Source: Candidatus Sungiibacteriota bacterium (GTDB lineage Bacteria > Patescibacteriota > Minisyncoccia > Sungbacterales > HO2-52-23). Taken from it: a stretch of 64,000 nucleotides of DNA. How positions within the stretch are numbered: the stretch's first letter is position 1; every line of letters starts with the position of its first letter. Location of the stretch: the NCBI GenBank assembly GCA_016180435.1, contig JACPBG010000001.1:283107-347106 (forward strand), written 5' to 3'. Under the pieces are notes generated by a model that did no database searches, was not told where the DNA came from, and worked only from the letters and a program-made list of their open reading frames with translations. The position numbers and the translations under genes were made by a program. Positions 43,263 through 52,391 of the stretch are shown piece by piece.

Positions 43263-44353
43263 TATCGCTTCAGAAGCGATTTAAGTTCTCCGGGATTTAA
43301 GGAGTACAAAATAGCGTTTTCCATGGATATTTCGCCTCGGCGCACCAAATCCGAAAGCGAGCGGTTCAAACTCACCATCCCCTGCTCAAGATTGGTCTCA
43401 ATCACCAAATCAATCTCATGGATTTTATTTTCCCGGACAAGAGTACGCACCGCCGGATTGGCAATCATGATCTCAACTGCCGGAACCAAGCCCCCGCCGA
43501 TCCGAGGAATCAAGCGCTGGGAAACAATACCTATGAGAGTAGAGGCAAGCTGGGCCCTGATCTGCCCCTGGCGGAAAGATGGAAATGTGTCAATAATCCG
43601 ATCGATGGATTGGGCCGCATTATTGGTATGAAGCGTGGATAAAATCAGGTGGCCGGTTTCGGCGGCCGATACCGCGGTTCCCATGGTTTCGGCATCGCGC
43701 ATTTCGCCGATCATCGCCACATCCACATCTTCGCGAAAAACCGAACGAAGCGCCCGGTCAAAACCAATCGTATCCAGCCCAACTTCGCGCTGGTCAATGA
43801 TCGCACGGTCGGACACAAAAAGGTATTCAATCGGATCCTCAATGGTTATAATATGGTCCGAGCGCGAATGATTGATAAAATCCACTATGGCCGCAAGCGT
43901 AGTTGATTTCCCGTGCCCGGTAGGTCCCACCACCAAGAAAAAACCCTGCTGGATTTGGGCAAATTCCTCCAAAATCGGAGGCAGATTTAATTCTTTCAGG
44001 GAACGGATTTTAGTCGGAACTACGCGAAGAGCCGACCCCATAAAACCTTTTTGATAAAAGGTATTAACGCGAAACCGCACCCGATCTTTAAAGGTATAAG
44101 AAAAATCGAGTTCTTTTTCCTGCAAAAAACGCTCGCGCTGCTCATCGCTCATCAGGGATAACACAAATTCCTCCGTGTCTGCAGGAGTCATTACCGCATG
44201 CTTCACCAGAGGCACGAGCGCCCCATCCACCCGCAAAGTTGGATTGCGTCCCACGGAAATATGCAAATCAGATGCATTTTCTTTCAGGACGGCGTTAAAT
44301 AAATCCTCAAATTTATTTTGCAACGTTGGCTCGCCATTACACTTTCTCGACAC
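43262..44353 (-). CDS. pilT: type IV pilus retraction ATPase PilT
   Basis: Walker A GPTGHGKSTT, Asp box, His box and the N-terminal NASDLHI. The start codon is GTG or TTG and overlaps the upstream structured element. Confidence 0.8.
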   Translation of the reverse strand: MSRKCNGEPTLQNKFEDLFNAVLKENASDLHISVGRNPTLRVDGALVPLVKHAVMTPADTEEFVLSLMSDEQRERFLQEKELDFSYTFKDRVRFRVNTFYQKGFMGSALRVVPTKIRSLKELNLPPILEEFAQIQQGFFLVVGPTGHGKSTTLAAIVDFINHSRSDHIITIEDPIEYLFVSDRAIIDQREVGLDTIGFDRALRSVFREDVDVAMIGEMRDAETMGTAVSAAETGHLILSTLHTNNAAQSIDRIIDTFPSFRQGQIRAQLASTLIGIVSQRLIPRIGGGLVPAVEIMIANPAVRTLVRENKIHEIDLVIETNLEQGMVSLNRSLSDLVRRGEISMENAILYSLNPGELKSLLKR

Positions 44354-44446
44354 GCCTCGCTCGCTCCTGCGGCTCGCTCGCTAAGGGTCGGCGCGATTTT
44401 CCGCCCATGGCGGATCCAAGCAAATCGCGCCTCCCATTGTCTCGAA
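44343..44446 (-). ncRNA. structured element copy B upstream of pilT
   Basis: Same flanks as copy A. Inner hairpin GGCGCGAUU…AAUCGCGCC. Confidence 0.4.
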
Positions 44447-44476
44447 AGTACAATGGACTCGCTATAAAAAATTATT

Positions 44477-44845
44477 TTATTTCTGCAACACCTGTTTAAC
44501 TTTTTCGACAACCTCGCTAGGGGTAAAATGCGCCTTGATCACATAATCATCCGCCCCGAATTCCATGCCTTTTTCCACGTCTTCTTTCTGGCCGAGATTG
44601 GTAAGAAGTATAACTTTGGGAGTGCCGCCTTTTTTGCCTTTTTTTAATTCACGCAAGACCTCAAATCCATCCATCTCGGGCATCACTATATCAAGCAAGA
44701 TGCAATCCGGGGTTGCTGTTTTTAATTTCTCAAGCGCTTCTTTGCCGTTTCGCGCCGAGTCCACGCCAAAACCGCACTCCCGGAATTTGAGCGTGTACAT
44801 ATCCAAAATAAAAGGGTCGTCATCGATTAAAAATACATTAGCCAT
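44477..44845 (-). CDS. single-domain response regulator receiver (CheY/PilH-like)
   Basis: DDDPFILDMY…LLDIVMPEMDG…KVILLTNLG has the phospho-acceptor Asp and the conserved Lys. Confidence 0.8.
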   Translation of the reverse strand: MANVFLIDDDPFILDMYTLKFRECGFGVDSARNGKEALEKLKTATPDCILLDIVMPEMDGFEVLRELKKGKKGGTPKVILLTNLGQKEDVEKGMEFGADDYVIKAHFTPSEVVEKVKQVLQK

Positions 44846-44960
44846 AAATGTGATGCCAATTTACAAATCTTATGCCAATCTGGCGAATTGCGAATACGCT
44901 AATGATTATTATTCGCAATTTGTAGATTAGCATTAAATTCGCATCGGATTGGCATCATAT
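44846..44960. repeat. GATGCCAAT-family palindromic element between pilB and the response regulator start
   Basis: The arms are inverted repeats, with central loop CGCTAATGATTAT. Confidence 0.65.
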
Positions 44961-44963
44961 ATA

Positions 44964-46688
44964 TTACACCACTTCCAGCAACTCTTCCATACCCATAATC
45001 CCCTTCAACACTTTAAGCGCTCCGTCTTGGCGCATGGTAATCATACCCTGGCGTTGGGCTTCTTCCAGAAGTTTATTCTCCGTGGCACCGGCCAAAATTA
45101 TTTTTTCAAGCTCCGGAGTCATAGAATACATCTCATAAATCCCGATTCGTCCCCGGGTTCCTTTGGGGCAAGCCGATGAGACCTCGGCTTGATAAATCTC
45201 GGAAGGGATATTCTTGCGGGCCGCCTCCCCCTCTTCGCCCGGAATTTCACTGATCTCTTTAATAATCGTGTCTTTGATTTTTCCCGTAAGTTTGACTTTT
45301 TTGCGCGAATCCGGACAAAGGCGCCTGGTCAGACGCTGGGCCATCATCAAAACAACGGTGGAGGGAATCAAATAAGGGTCAACGCCCATATCGATCAAGC
45401 GCGGAATCACACCCGTCGCATTATTGGTGTGAAGAGTGGACAACACCAGGTGTCCGGTAAGCGCCGCATGTACCGCAAGAGTTGCTGTTTCTTTGTCGCG
45501 TATTTCACCAACCATAATAATATCCGGGTCTTGGCGTAAAATATGGCGAAGGCCCGTGGCAAAATCGTAATTGATTTCCGGACGAACTTGCGACTGATTG
45601 ACTCCGTTGACGTAGTATTCTATGGGATCCTCCAAACTAACGATATTGACTCCCTCTTCATTCAGCATCTGAAGCAGGGCATAAAGCGTAGTGGATTTAC
45701 CGGAACCGGTGGGTCCGGTGATCAAAATCATGCCAAAAGGCGCCTTGATCGCCTCCTCAATCGCGGTTTTATTCCTTCCCGTGATCCCGAGATCTTCCAG
45801 ATTGGAAATGCCGGATGAAGGATCCAAAATACGTATCACCACTTTTTCTCCGAAAGACGTTGGAAAAGTAGATACGCGGAAATCAATTTCCCGGTCAAGA
45901 ATCTTAGCATGAAACCGCCCATCCTGCGGGACCCGGGTCTCATCAATTTTTAAATTTGTCATTACTTTGATCCTGGAAACGAGCGCCGCATGCACTCCCT
46001 GGGGAAGAGTAAGATTGATGTGCAATATGCCATCCACTCGGAATCGGATGCGAAGCTGGTCGCGGCCGGGTTCAATATGAATGTCGGACGCCCTGCCCTC
46101 CACGGCGTGCCGCAAAATTACAGCGACTATCTTGGTCACCGGAGCATCCTCCACGATCTTGGTTTCAGACCCCTTGCCCTTGCCCACTATATCGCCCAGC
46201 GACTCATATTCCTTTTCAAATTCGCCTAAGGCCTTAGTGACCTCTCCGGTCAAATTCTTATACTGCATTAGTACATTCTGAAAATCTGACGGCGTTACAA
46301 TAAACATGCGCAAAGGCAGATTTATGCGCGACGCGATGAATTTTACGGCTTCGCGCGCCGAAACATCCTCCGGGAAAAGCATTCCCGCATCAAAATACCC
46401 TTCGGATTTTCCCAAAGGAATTACGCTGTAATGACGCGCCGATTCTTCCGGAATATCGTGCAGCGCTTCAAGCTCCACCGAAGCCCCTTGCAGATATTTA
46501 ACCGGAAATCCGGTAAGTTCGGCTTTGGCATCTGCCACATCCCCCTCTTGAATCCCGCGGGCATAAAGCACGTCATCTATTGAAATGCTCTTATCCTGCG
46601 CGTCTAAACGAGCTTGCGCGGCTTCATTCAAATCAATTACGCCGCGGGAAACCAAAATGTCCAATAATGAACGGGCCATAGAACACAC
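44964..46688 (-). CDS. pilB: type IV pilus assembly ATPase PilB/GspE family
   Basis: N-terminal GSPII_E_N-like domain, Walker A GPTGSGKSTTL, and a CxxC…CxxC tetracysteine. Confidence 0.85.
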   Translation of the reverse strand: MCSMARSLLDILVSRGVIDLNEAAQARLDAQDKSISIDDVLYARGIQEGDVADAKAELTGFPVKYLQGASVELEALHDIPEESARHYSVIPLGKSEGYFDAGMLFPEDVSAREAVKFIASRINLPLRMFIVTPSDFQNVLMQYKNLTGEVTKALGEFEKEYESLGDIVGKGKGSETKIVEDAPVTKIVAVILRHAVEGRASDIHIEPGRDQLRIRFRVDGILHINLTLPQGVHAALVSRIKVMTNLKIDETRVPQDGRFHAKILDREIDFRVSTFPTSFGEKVVIRILDPSSGISNLEDLGITGRNKTAIEEAIKAPFGMILITGPTGSGKSTTLYALLQMLNEEGVNIVSLEDPIEYYVNGVNQSQVRPEINYDFATGLRHILRQDPDIIMVGEIRDKETATLAVHAALTGHLVLSTLHTNNATGVIPRLIDMGVDPYLIPSTVVLMMAQRLTRRLCPDSRKKVKLTGKIKDTIIKEISEIPGEEGEAARKNIPSEIYQAEVSSACPKGTRGRIGIYEMYSMTPELEKIILAGATENKLLEEAQRQGMITMRQDGALKVLKGIMGMEELLEVV

Positions 46689-46778
46689 TAATCTACTAAT
46701 GTTTACACTAATCCGCGAATCATAAATAGTTATCTTATTTGTGGATTGGTGTGCTCATTAGTGGATTCGTGTACAGGA
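46681..46778. repeat. CACACTAATCCACGAAT-family element abutting the pilB start
   Basis: See 29895-29990. Confidence 0.6.
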
Positions 46779-46790
46779 TTTATTTCAAAT

Positions 46791-47123
46791 TTATCTCAAT
46801 GTTTGGCCGGATGCCGGCGCGGATGATGCGCCGCCCACTGCCGCCGCATACGGATTCGGGCGTCCCAAAACCTGTCCCTCCGGCACCAAGGGCGTTAGCA
46901 AATCAGGAATTGAAACAAGCTCACGGAAAAATTCATCCTGAAACGCCGACATATCAAGCTCCACGCTCTCCAGACGCCTATACGAAACCAACCGGGTTTC
47001 CAAATCCGCATCAATAACTGCCGGCGTATCGGATCCGCCCGGAAGTACGGATGTAAACCACCAAAATCCTATGCCTGCGACGACAACAAGCAAAATTATT
47101 ATGATGAGAAGTTGAGTATTCAA
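46791..47123 (-). CDS. small membrane protein of the pilus locus (TTG start)
   Basis: 110 aa with one N-terminal TM helix. It sits between pilB and pilO. Confidence 0.4.
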   Translation of the reverse strand: MNTQLLIIIILLVVVAGIGFWWFTSVLPGGSDTPAVIDADLETRLVSYRRLESVELDMSAFQDEFFRELVSIPDLLTPLVPEGQVLGRPNPYAAAVGGASSAPASGQTLR

Positions 47124-47140
47124 GTTTCGCTCGCCGATGC

Positions 47141-47247
47141 GTTTTCAAGACACGACTCGCTCGCTCCTGCGGCTCGCTCGCTAAGGGTCGGGCAAAATTT
47201 CGCGTTTCGCGCGAACCAAGCAATTTTGCCCTCCCATTGTCTTGAAA
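47141..47247 (-). ncRNA. structured element copy C upstream of the 110-aa membrane protein gene
   Basis: Same flanks. Inner hairpin GGGCAAAAU…AUUUUGCCC. Perfect outer stem GUUUUCAAGACA/UGUCUUGAAAAC. Confidence 0.4.
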
Positions 47248-47286
47248 ACGTATCGGACTCGCTTATAACACAAACTCCATATGTAT

Positions 47287-47862
47287 TTATTGAAAATACG
47301 TTCTCGCTCTTATGGTAAATGTTGGCGCGTCTTTAGATTCTCCGCTCGCCCCGCCGAAATTAATATCCTGCACATCGGTAAAACGCACGCTTTTTTCAAG
47401 ATCCGACAAAAAGTTCTTAAATCCCTCATAAGTTGAGGCCAGGGTTACGGCGAGCGGTATTTCTTTAACCGCAGACGCTAAAAGAGCCGGATCCGGCGAT
47501 CCCTCGGGCAAAGGCTGTCCTGCGGTAACTACTGGCGCAAGCGGAGGATTTAAAGAAACGGTTTTTAACAGCACTCCGCGCGCCTTGCCGATATATTCAA
47601 GAAATGCGATATATTCGGGACCCTGCGGACCATTGGGAATCAATTTGTCTACCCGTTCCAAATCATCCGGCGGGATGGATGCCATGGATGAAGATAATGA
47701 ATCACGAATCTGCAAGAGTTTATCCAGTTCTTCGCTGATCCGTGATAACTGCGTATTTTCCTGACGCAACGCCTGAAAGTCGCGCCACTCCGGCACTAAG
47801 TAAAAAAAGGTTGCAAGCGCCGCACCGAGGATGAAAATTATTAGAATAACTGGTTTGGTCAT
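47287..47862 (-). CDS. pilO: PilO-like pilus assembly protein
   Basis: N-terminal TM, then a coiled coil (FQALRQENTQLSRISEELDKLLQI). Confidence 0.55.
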   Translation of the reverse strand: MTKPVILIIFILGAALATFFYLVPEWRDFQALRQENTQLSRISEELDKLLQIRDSLSSSMASIPPDDLERVDKLIPNGPQGPEYIAFLEYIGKARGVLLKTVSLNPPLAPVVTAGQPLPEGSPDPALLASAVKEIPLAVTLASTYEGFKNFLSDLEKSVRFTDVQDINFGGASGESKDAPTFTIRARTYFQ

Positions 47863-47943
47863 AAACTAGAATTATGAATAATGAGTCACGGAAACTTACG
47901 TCAGTCACAAAAACAATAATCTTGATTCATGCTTCAACTCCAT

Positions 47944-48501
47944 CTATTGCGGTTTTAAATAAAGTAAATCCGGTTTCACAATAATCGATGCCGTAAAACT
48001 CACGGTATTTTTTTCGCCCAGAGACAATCCGCCGAATTCTACACGCTCAACCATCGGATCATTTTCCAAAATAGTAATCTGGCGCGCAAGCGCGGTATAG
48101 TCAAGCGCCTTGCCGGAAACATCAACTTTTCGGCTGCCGGCCAAAAACGCAAAATCTCCGAATTGCACCTGCGGATGAGCTTTATCTTCAACCAGTTTTA
48201 AAACATTTGTGGCGAAAAGATGGCCGGCAAGCAAAGACCGCAGATTCTTAAGCCGCGCATCCAATAGAAATACTTCCTCGGTCGCAGAAGAATTAAGATC
48301 TTCCTCTTTTAATTTAACTTCGGAACGCAAGGTGTCGCGATTATCTGTCTGCTTCTTATTTAATATCGTAAGCGCCCCGTAACCGCCGGCGGTTACCAAA
48401 AAAATGAAGAAAGCCAAAAAATAAACAAAAGCCGGCGCGCCTTGCGGAAGGGGCGGAGCAGTTCTTGGCAGTTGCTCTTGTCTTAATAGTAAGTTTGGCA
48501 T
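47944..48501 (-). CDS. pilN: PilN-like pilus assembly protein
   Basis: TM anchor followed by a periplasmic domain. It lies immediately downstream of pilM. Confidence 0.55.
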   Translation of the reverse strand: MPNLLLRQEQLPRTAPPLPQGAPAFVYFLAFFIFLVTAGGYGALTILNKKQTDNRDTLRSEVKLKEEDLNSSATEEVFLLDARLKNLRSLLAGHLFATNVLKLVEDKAHPQVQFGDFAFLAGSRKVDVSGKALDYTALARQITILENDPMVERVEFGGLSLGEKNTVSFTASIIVKPDLLYLKPQ

Positions 48502-48503
48502 GC

Positions 48504-48588
48504 CTTTACGAAATACGAATTTTTACGAATATACGAATCAGCGAGAATTTACTATTCGTAAATTCGTACTGATTAGTATTTCGTAAAG
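48504..48588. repeat. TACGAAT-rich 85-nt element (copy 2) between pilM and pilN, abutting the pilN start
   Basis: Near-identical to 33201-33285. It ends 2 nt before the pilN ATG. Confidence 0.7.
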
Positions 48589-49749
48589 TCATTTGGAAGT
48601 TATTTCTCGGAGCGCCGCACCCACTGCCACGGAAAAACTCTGCCCTATTTCGCGAAATATCGGCTGCATAAAGACCGGGGCCACCACTCTGGCGAAAGGA
48701 TTTCCGCGAGCAACCTCTATGCCGAATTTAGTGGCGGCAAATTCCACAAGTCCGCGCAAATTGGATCCGCCTCCGGTTAAACTTACTTTTTGCACGCGCC
48801 GCGGGCCTTTGCGGTTATACAGCGAAAACATCCGGTGAATATCAGAAAAAAGCGATTCAACCAAAGGCGATATGACCGAGGTAATTTCGCGCTCCTCAAT
48901 CCGCTCCGATAAACCAACTTCCCGCTTCATGGCTTCGGCCCTTTCCTCACTAACTTCAAGGCCCCGGGCAAGCGCCCTTGTCCATTCATAAGATCCGCGG
49001 TCAAAATTATGCGAAATGCGCACACGCCCCATATCAATTACCACCAAAGATGTGGACAAATGCCCTATATTTATGATGGCAGTGGGCAATGGTTCAATTT
49101 TGGCCAAAGACCGCATCAAACTGAACGTCTCAACCTCCAAAGATCTTATATTCACGCCCGCCAGACCGGCAATCCTTTGGATCTTATCAGTGGTTTCACG
49201 CGGCACCGCGACCAAAAGCACTTCAATTTCTTCATGATTCTCGTCCGGCAAATAAATTTCCCAGTCAAGCAGTACTTCCGAAATCGGAATAGGTACGTAT
49301 TTGCGCGCTTCAAAATGAATTGCGCTCTCAATTTCCTGATCGGTCAGCTTCGGAAGAGAAAGAAGTGTTACAAAACTTGCCGCTGCCGGCACCGGAAAAA
49401 CCACATCATTAGTCGCGACATTCGACTCTTTCAGCAGGTCTTTGATGAGTCCGGCCGTATCTTCCTCGGCATAATGTAAAAACCCGCCGCCGCCGATCGG
49501 AGAACCTTCCTTAAAATATCCGGCCGAGAGCAGTTCGCCATATGTCTCAAGAACCGCCCTCTCGGCTTCGTACTTTAATTGTATCACTTTGGCCGAATAG
49601 GTACCAATATCAAGACCGGCAATCCGTTGCGGCTTGCCTCTGGAAAAGAAAGGCAGAGAAAATTCGGGCAGTGACAGCTTTTTAATAAATGATAGATCAA
49701 CCAAATCATTTGTATTATACCATAATTTATGGAGGTTAAGCCCCCACAA
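48589..49749 (-). CDS. pilM: type IV pilus assembly protein PilM (actin-like ATPase fold)
   Basis: IAGLDIGTYSAKVIQL…, an actin/FtsA-like fold, and the expected pilM-N-O gene order. Confidence 0.75.
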   Translation of the reverse strand: MWGLNLHKLWYNTNDLVDLSFIKKLSLPEFSLPFFSRGKPQRIAGLDIGTYSAKVIQLKYEAERAVLETYGELLSAGYFKEGSPIGGGGFLHYAEEDTAGLIKDLLKESNVATNDVVFPVPAAASFVTLLSLPKLTDQEIESAIHFEARKYVPIPISEVLLDWEIYLPDENHEEIEVLLVAVPRETTDKIQRIAGLAGVNIRSLEVETFSLMRSLAKIEPLPTAIINIGHLSTSLVVIDMGRVRISHNFDRGSYEWTRALARGLEVSEERAEAMKREVGLSERIEEREITSVISPLVESLFSDIHRMFSLYNRKGPRRVQKVSLTGGGSNLRGLVEFAATKFGIEVARGNPFARVVAPVFMQPIFREIGQSFSVAVGAALREITSK

Positions 49750-49783
49750 CTTATTGATATTCCATTGCGGTTGACTTGATGTA

Positions 49784-50536
49784 TTGACAACATCAAAATT
49801 TTATCGTACCTATGCTATTATGAACCCTTTGCTACGCGCTAAAAATGAAATCCTTGATCTTTTGTTCCCTCCCATATGCGCCGGATGCGGAAAAGAAGGT
49901 GAATTTTTCTGTAATTTATGCAAAAAAACGCTTATACAAGTGCCGCCCAAATGCTTCGCCTGTGGAAAACTATCTCCGGGAACAAAACGCATTCCGCAGG
50001 GAAGAACCTGTACTTCATGCCGCGCCCATACCCCGATTTATGCTTTTATTTCTCCATTTTTATACCGACAGGAGCCGGTACGCGAACTTATCCACAATCT
50101 TAAATATCTGCGGGTATATGGCATAAGCCGAGTTCTTGCAAAATTGCTTATTAATTATTTAAGCCGTTTCAAAATACGCTTTCCTAAAAATTCCATATTA
50201 GTTCCCCTGCCGCTTCATTCCAGGCGCGAACGTACGCGAGGATTCAACCAATCGCGTTTAATCGCGGAGTCGCTAGCCGAATCATCGGATATCCAAATAT
50301 ACAATAACGTACTCATACGTACAGAAAACACCAGACCCCAGATCGAACTTCGCGCCGAAGAACGCCGCGCCAACATCATCGGAGCGTTTGCGGCCATATT
50401 TCCTGAAAAAATCAGGGATAAAACCGTAATTTTACTGGATGACGTAAAAACCACCGGATCCACTTTGGAGGAAGCCGCCCATGTTTTAAAATCCGCCGGA
50501 GCTAAAAAAATATGGGCAATTACGATTGCCCACTGA
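49784..50536 (+). CDS. comF: ComF-family competence protein (phosphoribosyltransferase domain)
   Basis: N-terminal CAGCG…CNLC…CFACG zinc ribbon. C-terminal PRTase motif VILLDDVKTTGSTL. Confidence 0.8.
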   Translation: MTTSKFYRTYAIMNPLLRAKNEILDLLFPPICAGCGKEGEFFCNLCKKTLIQVPPKCFACGKLSPGTKRIPQGRTCTSCRAHTPIYAFISPFLYRQEPVRELIHNLKYLRVYGISRVLAKLLINYLSRFKIRFPKNSILVPLPLHSRRERTRGFNQSRLIAESLAESSDIQIYNNVLIRTENTRPQIELRAEERRANIIGAFAAIFPEKIRDKTVILLDDVKTTGSTLEEAAHVLKSAGAKKIWAITIAH

Positions 50537-50566
50537 TTTACTATAGAGGCTAAGCCTCTATAGTAC

Positions 50567-51286
50567 TTATTTGAATTTTTGGATGATTTTATAAATTTTT
50601 CCCCGATGGTTGTAAAGAAACGTATTCTCAACATTCGGGTAATCTTTGAAATTATAAACTACCTCCTTGGTTACGTTTCCCAACGAGTCATATTCCACGA
50701 TATGCGTTTGAATAATTTTCTCGCTGGATATATCCTTTAACGTTCCTCTTATCGGACGCCACTTATCACCAAACTGCACGGATAGTTCCCAAAAATCCGG
50801 ATACACTGCTTCTCGACTACATGGAGCAGATGAAATATGGGTCATAGTCAAAGGAAGCGTTCGGTTTTCACGCGAATTAAATTCCAGTTCATCCACAAAA
50901 CACATCTGTCCTTCATCTTTATCCCAGAGCCATGTTTTTCCTCGTACCAGTTCCAAGGGCTGATTAAAATCAATCCGGCCGTAAGTATATTCAATCCTTA
51001 ACGCCAGTCCTCCATTGGGATAGTACCAAAACGCCGTTGCGGCATCTTCTTTTTTCTCCACCTTCACTGCGTATTTCACAATCTGTCCGGTTGGATACTG
51101 CCATTCAATCACATCACCCCACACATCCTCGGCACGAAGTACTGACCCAAAAAATACATCCAGAGTTTCCGCCTTGGCGATTCCCGAGAATGAAAATAGG
51201 AAAATTACCGTCCCAATCACAAAATTCATCCCGATTCTCCTAAAACGAACTGCGTAAAAAGTAGCATATTCTACATTCTTTGGCAA
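50567..51286 (-). CDS. secreted hypothetical protein with YD-like repeats
   Basis: Signal peptide (MNFVIGTVIFLFSFSGIAKA). VEYDSLGNVTKEVVYNF…YNHRGKIYKI. Confidence 0.35.
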   Translation of the reverse strand: MPKNVEYATFYAVRFRRIGMNFVIGTVIFLFSFSGIAKAETLDVFFGSVLRAEDVWGDVIEWQYPTGQIVKYAVKVEKKEDAATAFWYYPNGGLALRIEYTYGRIDFNQPLELVRGKTWLWDKDEGQMCFVDELEFNSRENRTLPLTMTHISSAPCSREAVYPDFWELSVQFGDKWRPIRGTLKDISSEKIIQTHIVEYDSLGNVTKEVVYNFKDYPNVENTFLYNHRGKIYKIIQKFK

Positions 51287-51626
51287 ATAAAAAACTATAG
51301 AGGTTTTAGCTCTATAGTAACTTCACGAGGATTCGACTAATTGAATTTTAATCGCCTTCGCAGGGGCCGCTATAGCCAGAAATATTTTTCGTCGCTATTT
51401 CTCTAATCTCATTCTCGTTCGCGCGGCGAAAATGGTGTTCAGAGTGCAAACTGCACTCCAGCCATATCCCTCAATGGCTCGACAAACGAAGTTCTCCGCC
51501 ATCTCCAGTAGGACACGGGTCTCCGCTATGCGCTTCTTCGGAAATTTTTATATAACTTATATCCATACAACACCTCTAACCAAGGAACTTATTATAAAAT
51601 AGCACACCGCATTTCATATTGCAATA

Positions 51627-51660
51627 AAATAAAAAATACCGCAGGGCGAACCCGTGCGGC
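51627..51660 (-). terminator. rho-independent terminator after the GNAT gene
   Basis: CCGCAGGG-CGAA-CCCGTGCGG stem with a GNRA loop, followed on the minus strand by a T-run. Confidence 0.55.
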
Positions 51661-51666
51661 TATTTA

Positions 51667-52080
51667 TTACAAAGCAACCTCAGCCATATCAACATATTGC
51701 TGATGGCACTTCCACCAATCTTTAATAATTACTCGTTGAGGATATAAAACCTGCATCTTTTGAGAAAAATTCCGCGACACTAAATCCCACCCGAACAGAA
51801 TAATAGTTAAAAAATCTTCTAATGCCTCTACCACCAATCTTTTCGCCACACCTTTTTTCCTATAGCGGGAATGTACGAAAATACTCAAACTGACCTCATC
51901 TCCATGAGGCAAAGCAAACGCCCATCCCATAATTCGTTCCTCGTCAAATAAAACAATGGTCGGAGAATCCGGAAACGCCCGGATAAAATGCCTTAAAGCC
52001 CCGTAAGGCAGCGTGGCGTATTTCAATTTTCTCTTGGTATTATTATCCCAATCGCTAAACCGCTTTTTAACGATTTTCAA
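51667..52080 (-). CDS. GNAT-family N-acetyltransferase
   Basis: …SIFVHSRYRKKGVAKRLVVEAL, acetyl-CoA binding motif A (R/Q-x-x-G-x-G/A). Confidence 0.7.
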   Translation of the reverse strand: MKIVKKRFSDWDNNTKRKLKYATLPYGALRHFIRAFPDSPTIVLFDEERIMGWAFALPHGDEVSLSIFVHSRYRKKGVAKRLVVEALEDFLTIILFGWDLVSRNFSQKMQVLYPQRVIIKDWWKCHQQYVDMAEVAL

Positions 52081-52151
52081 GGTGCAATTTTCCTTTGCTA
52101 TATAGGATTATTACCAAGTAAATCACAAAAGGGCTTTTGTCGCAATCGTAA

Positions 52152-52186
52152 TAAAAAATTTGTGCCGATCTAAGATCGGCACAAAT
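52152..52186 (-). terminator. rho-independent terminator (13-bp stem ATTTGTGCCGATC/GATCGGCACAAAT)
   Basis: Perfect stem with loop TAA, followed on the minus strand by TTTTTTAT. It ends a ~200-nt structured region downstream of rny. Confidence 0.55.
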
Positions 52187-52391
52187 ACATTAAGCGAACT
52201 CCACACGCTCTCTCTTCAGGGATTGTCTTTAATTTCGAGTGCGCGGTCGAGGCGGTTCTTTTTAAAAACCATTGAGAAGCCGATTGGCACGGTCTCCGAC
52301 CGCAGTCGGAGCAATCGGCTGATCATTGAGAACAGCCGCCCGCTGGGGCGGCTGTTCGTGTTTTCAAAAAGAATCGCCTCGAAAACCGCGC

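Noticed and set aside
43003-47247. Integron attC-like sites (conserved ends, variable structured centre)
   Set aside because: No integron integrase or attI is present. The elements lie in gene leaders with an SD-like GGGAGG and a conserved stop codon, which fits a cis-regulatory or leader-peptide role better. The attC comparison is kept only as an analogy.
51318-51400. tmRNA call based on the GAGGATTCGAC similarity
   Set aside because: I could not find a GGGG 5' acceptor strand, a resume codon plus tag peptide ending in a hydrophobic tail, or a T-arm/CCA 3' end on either strand.
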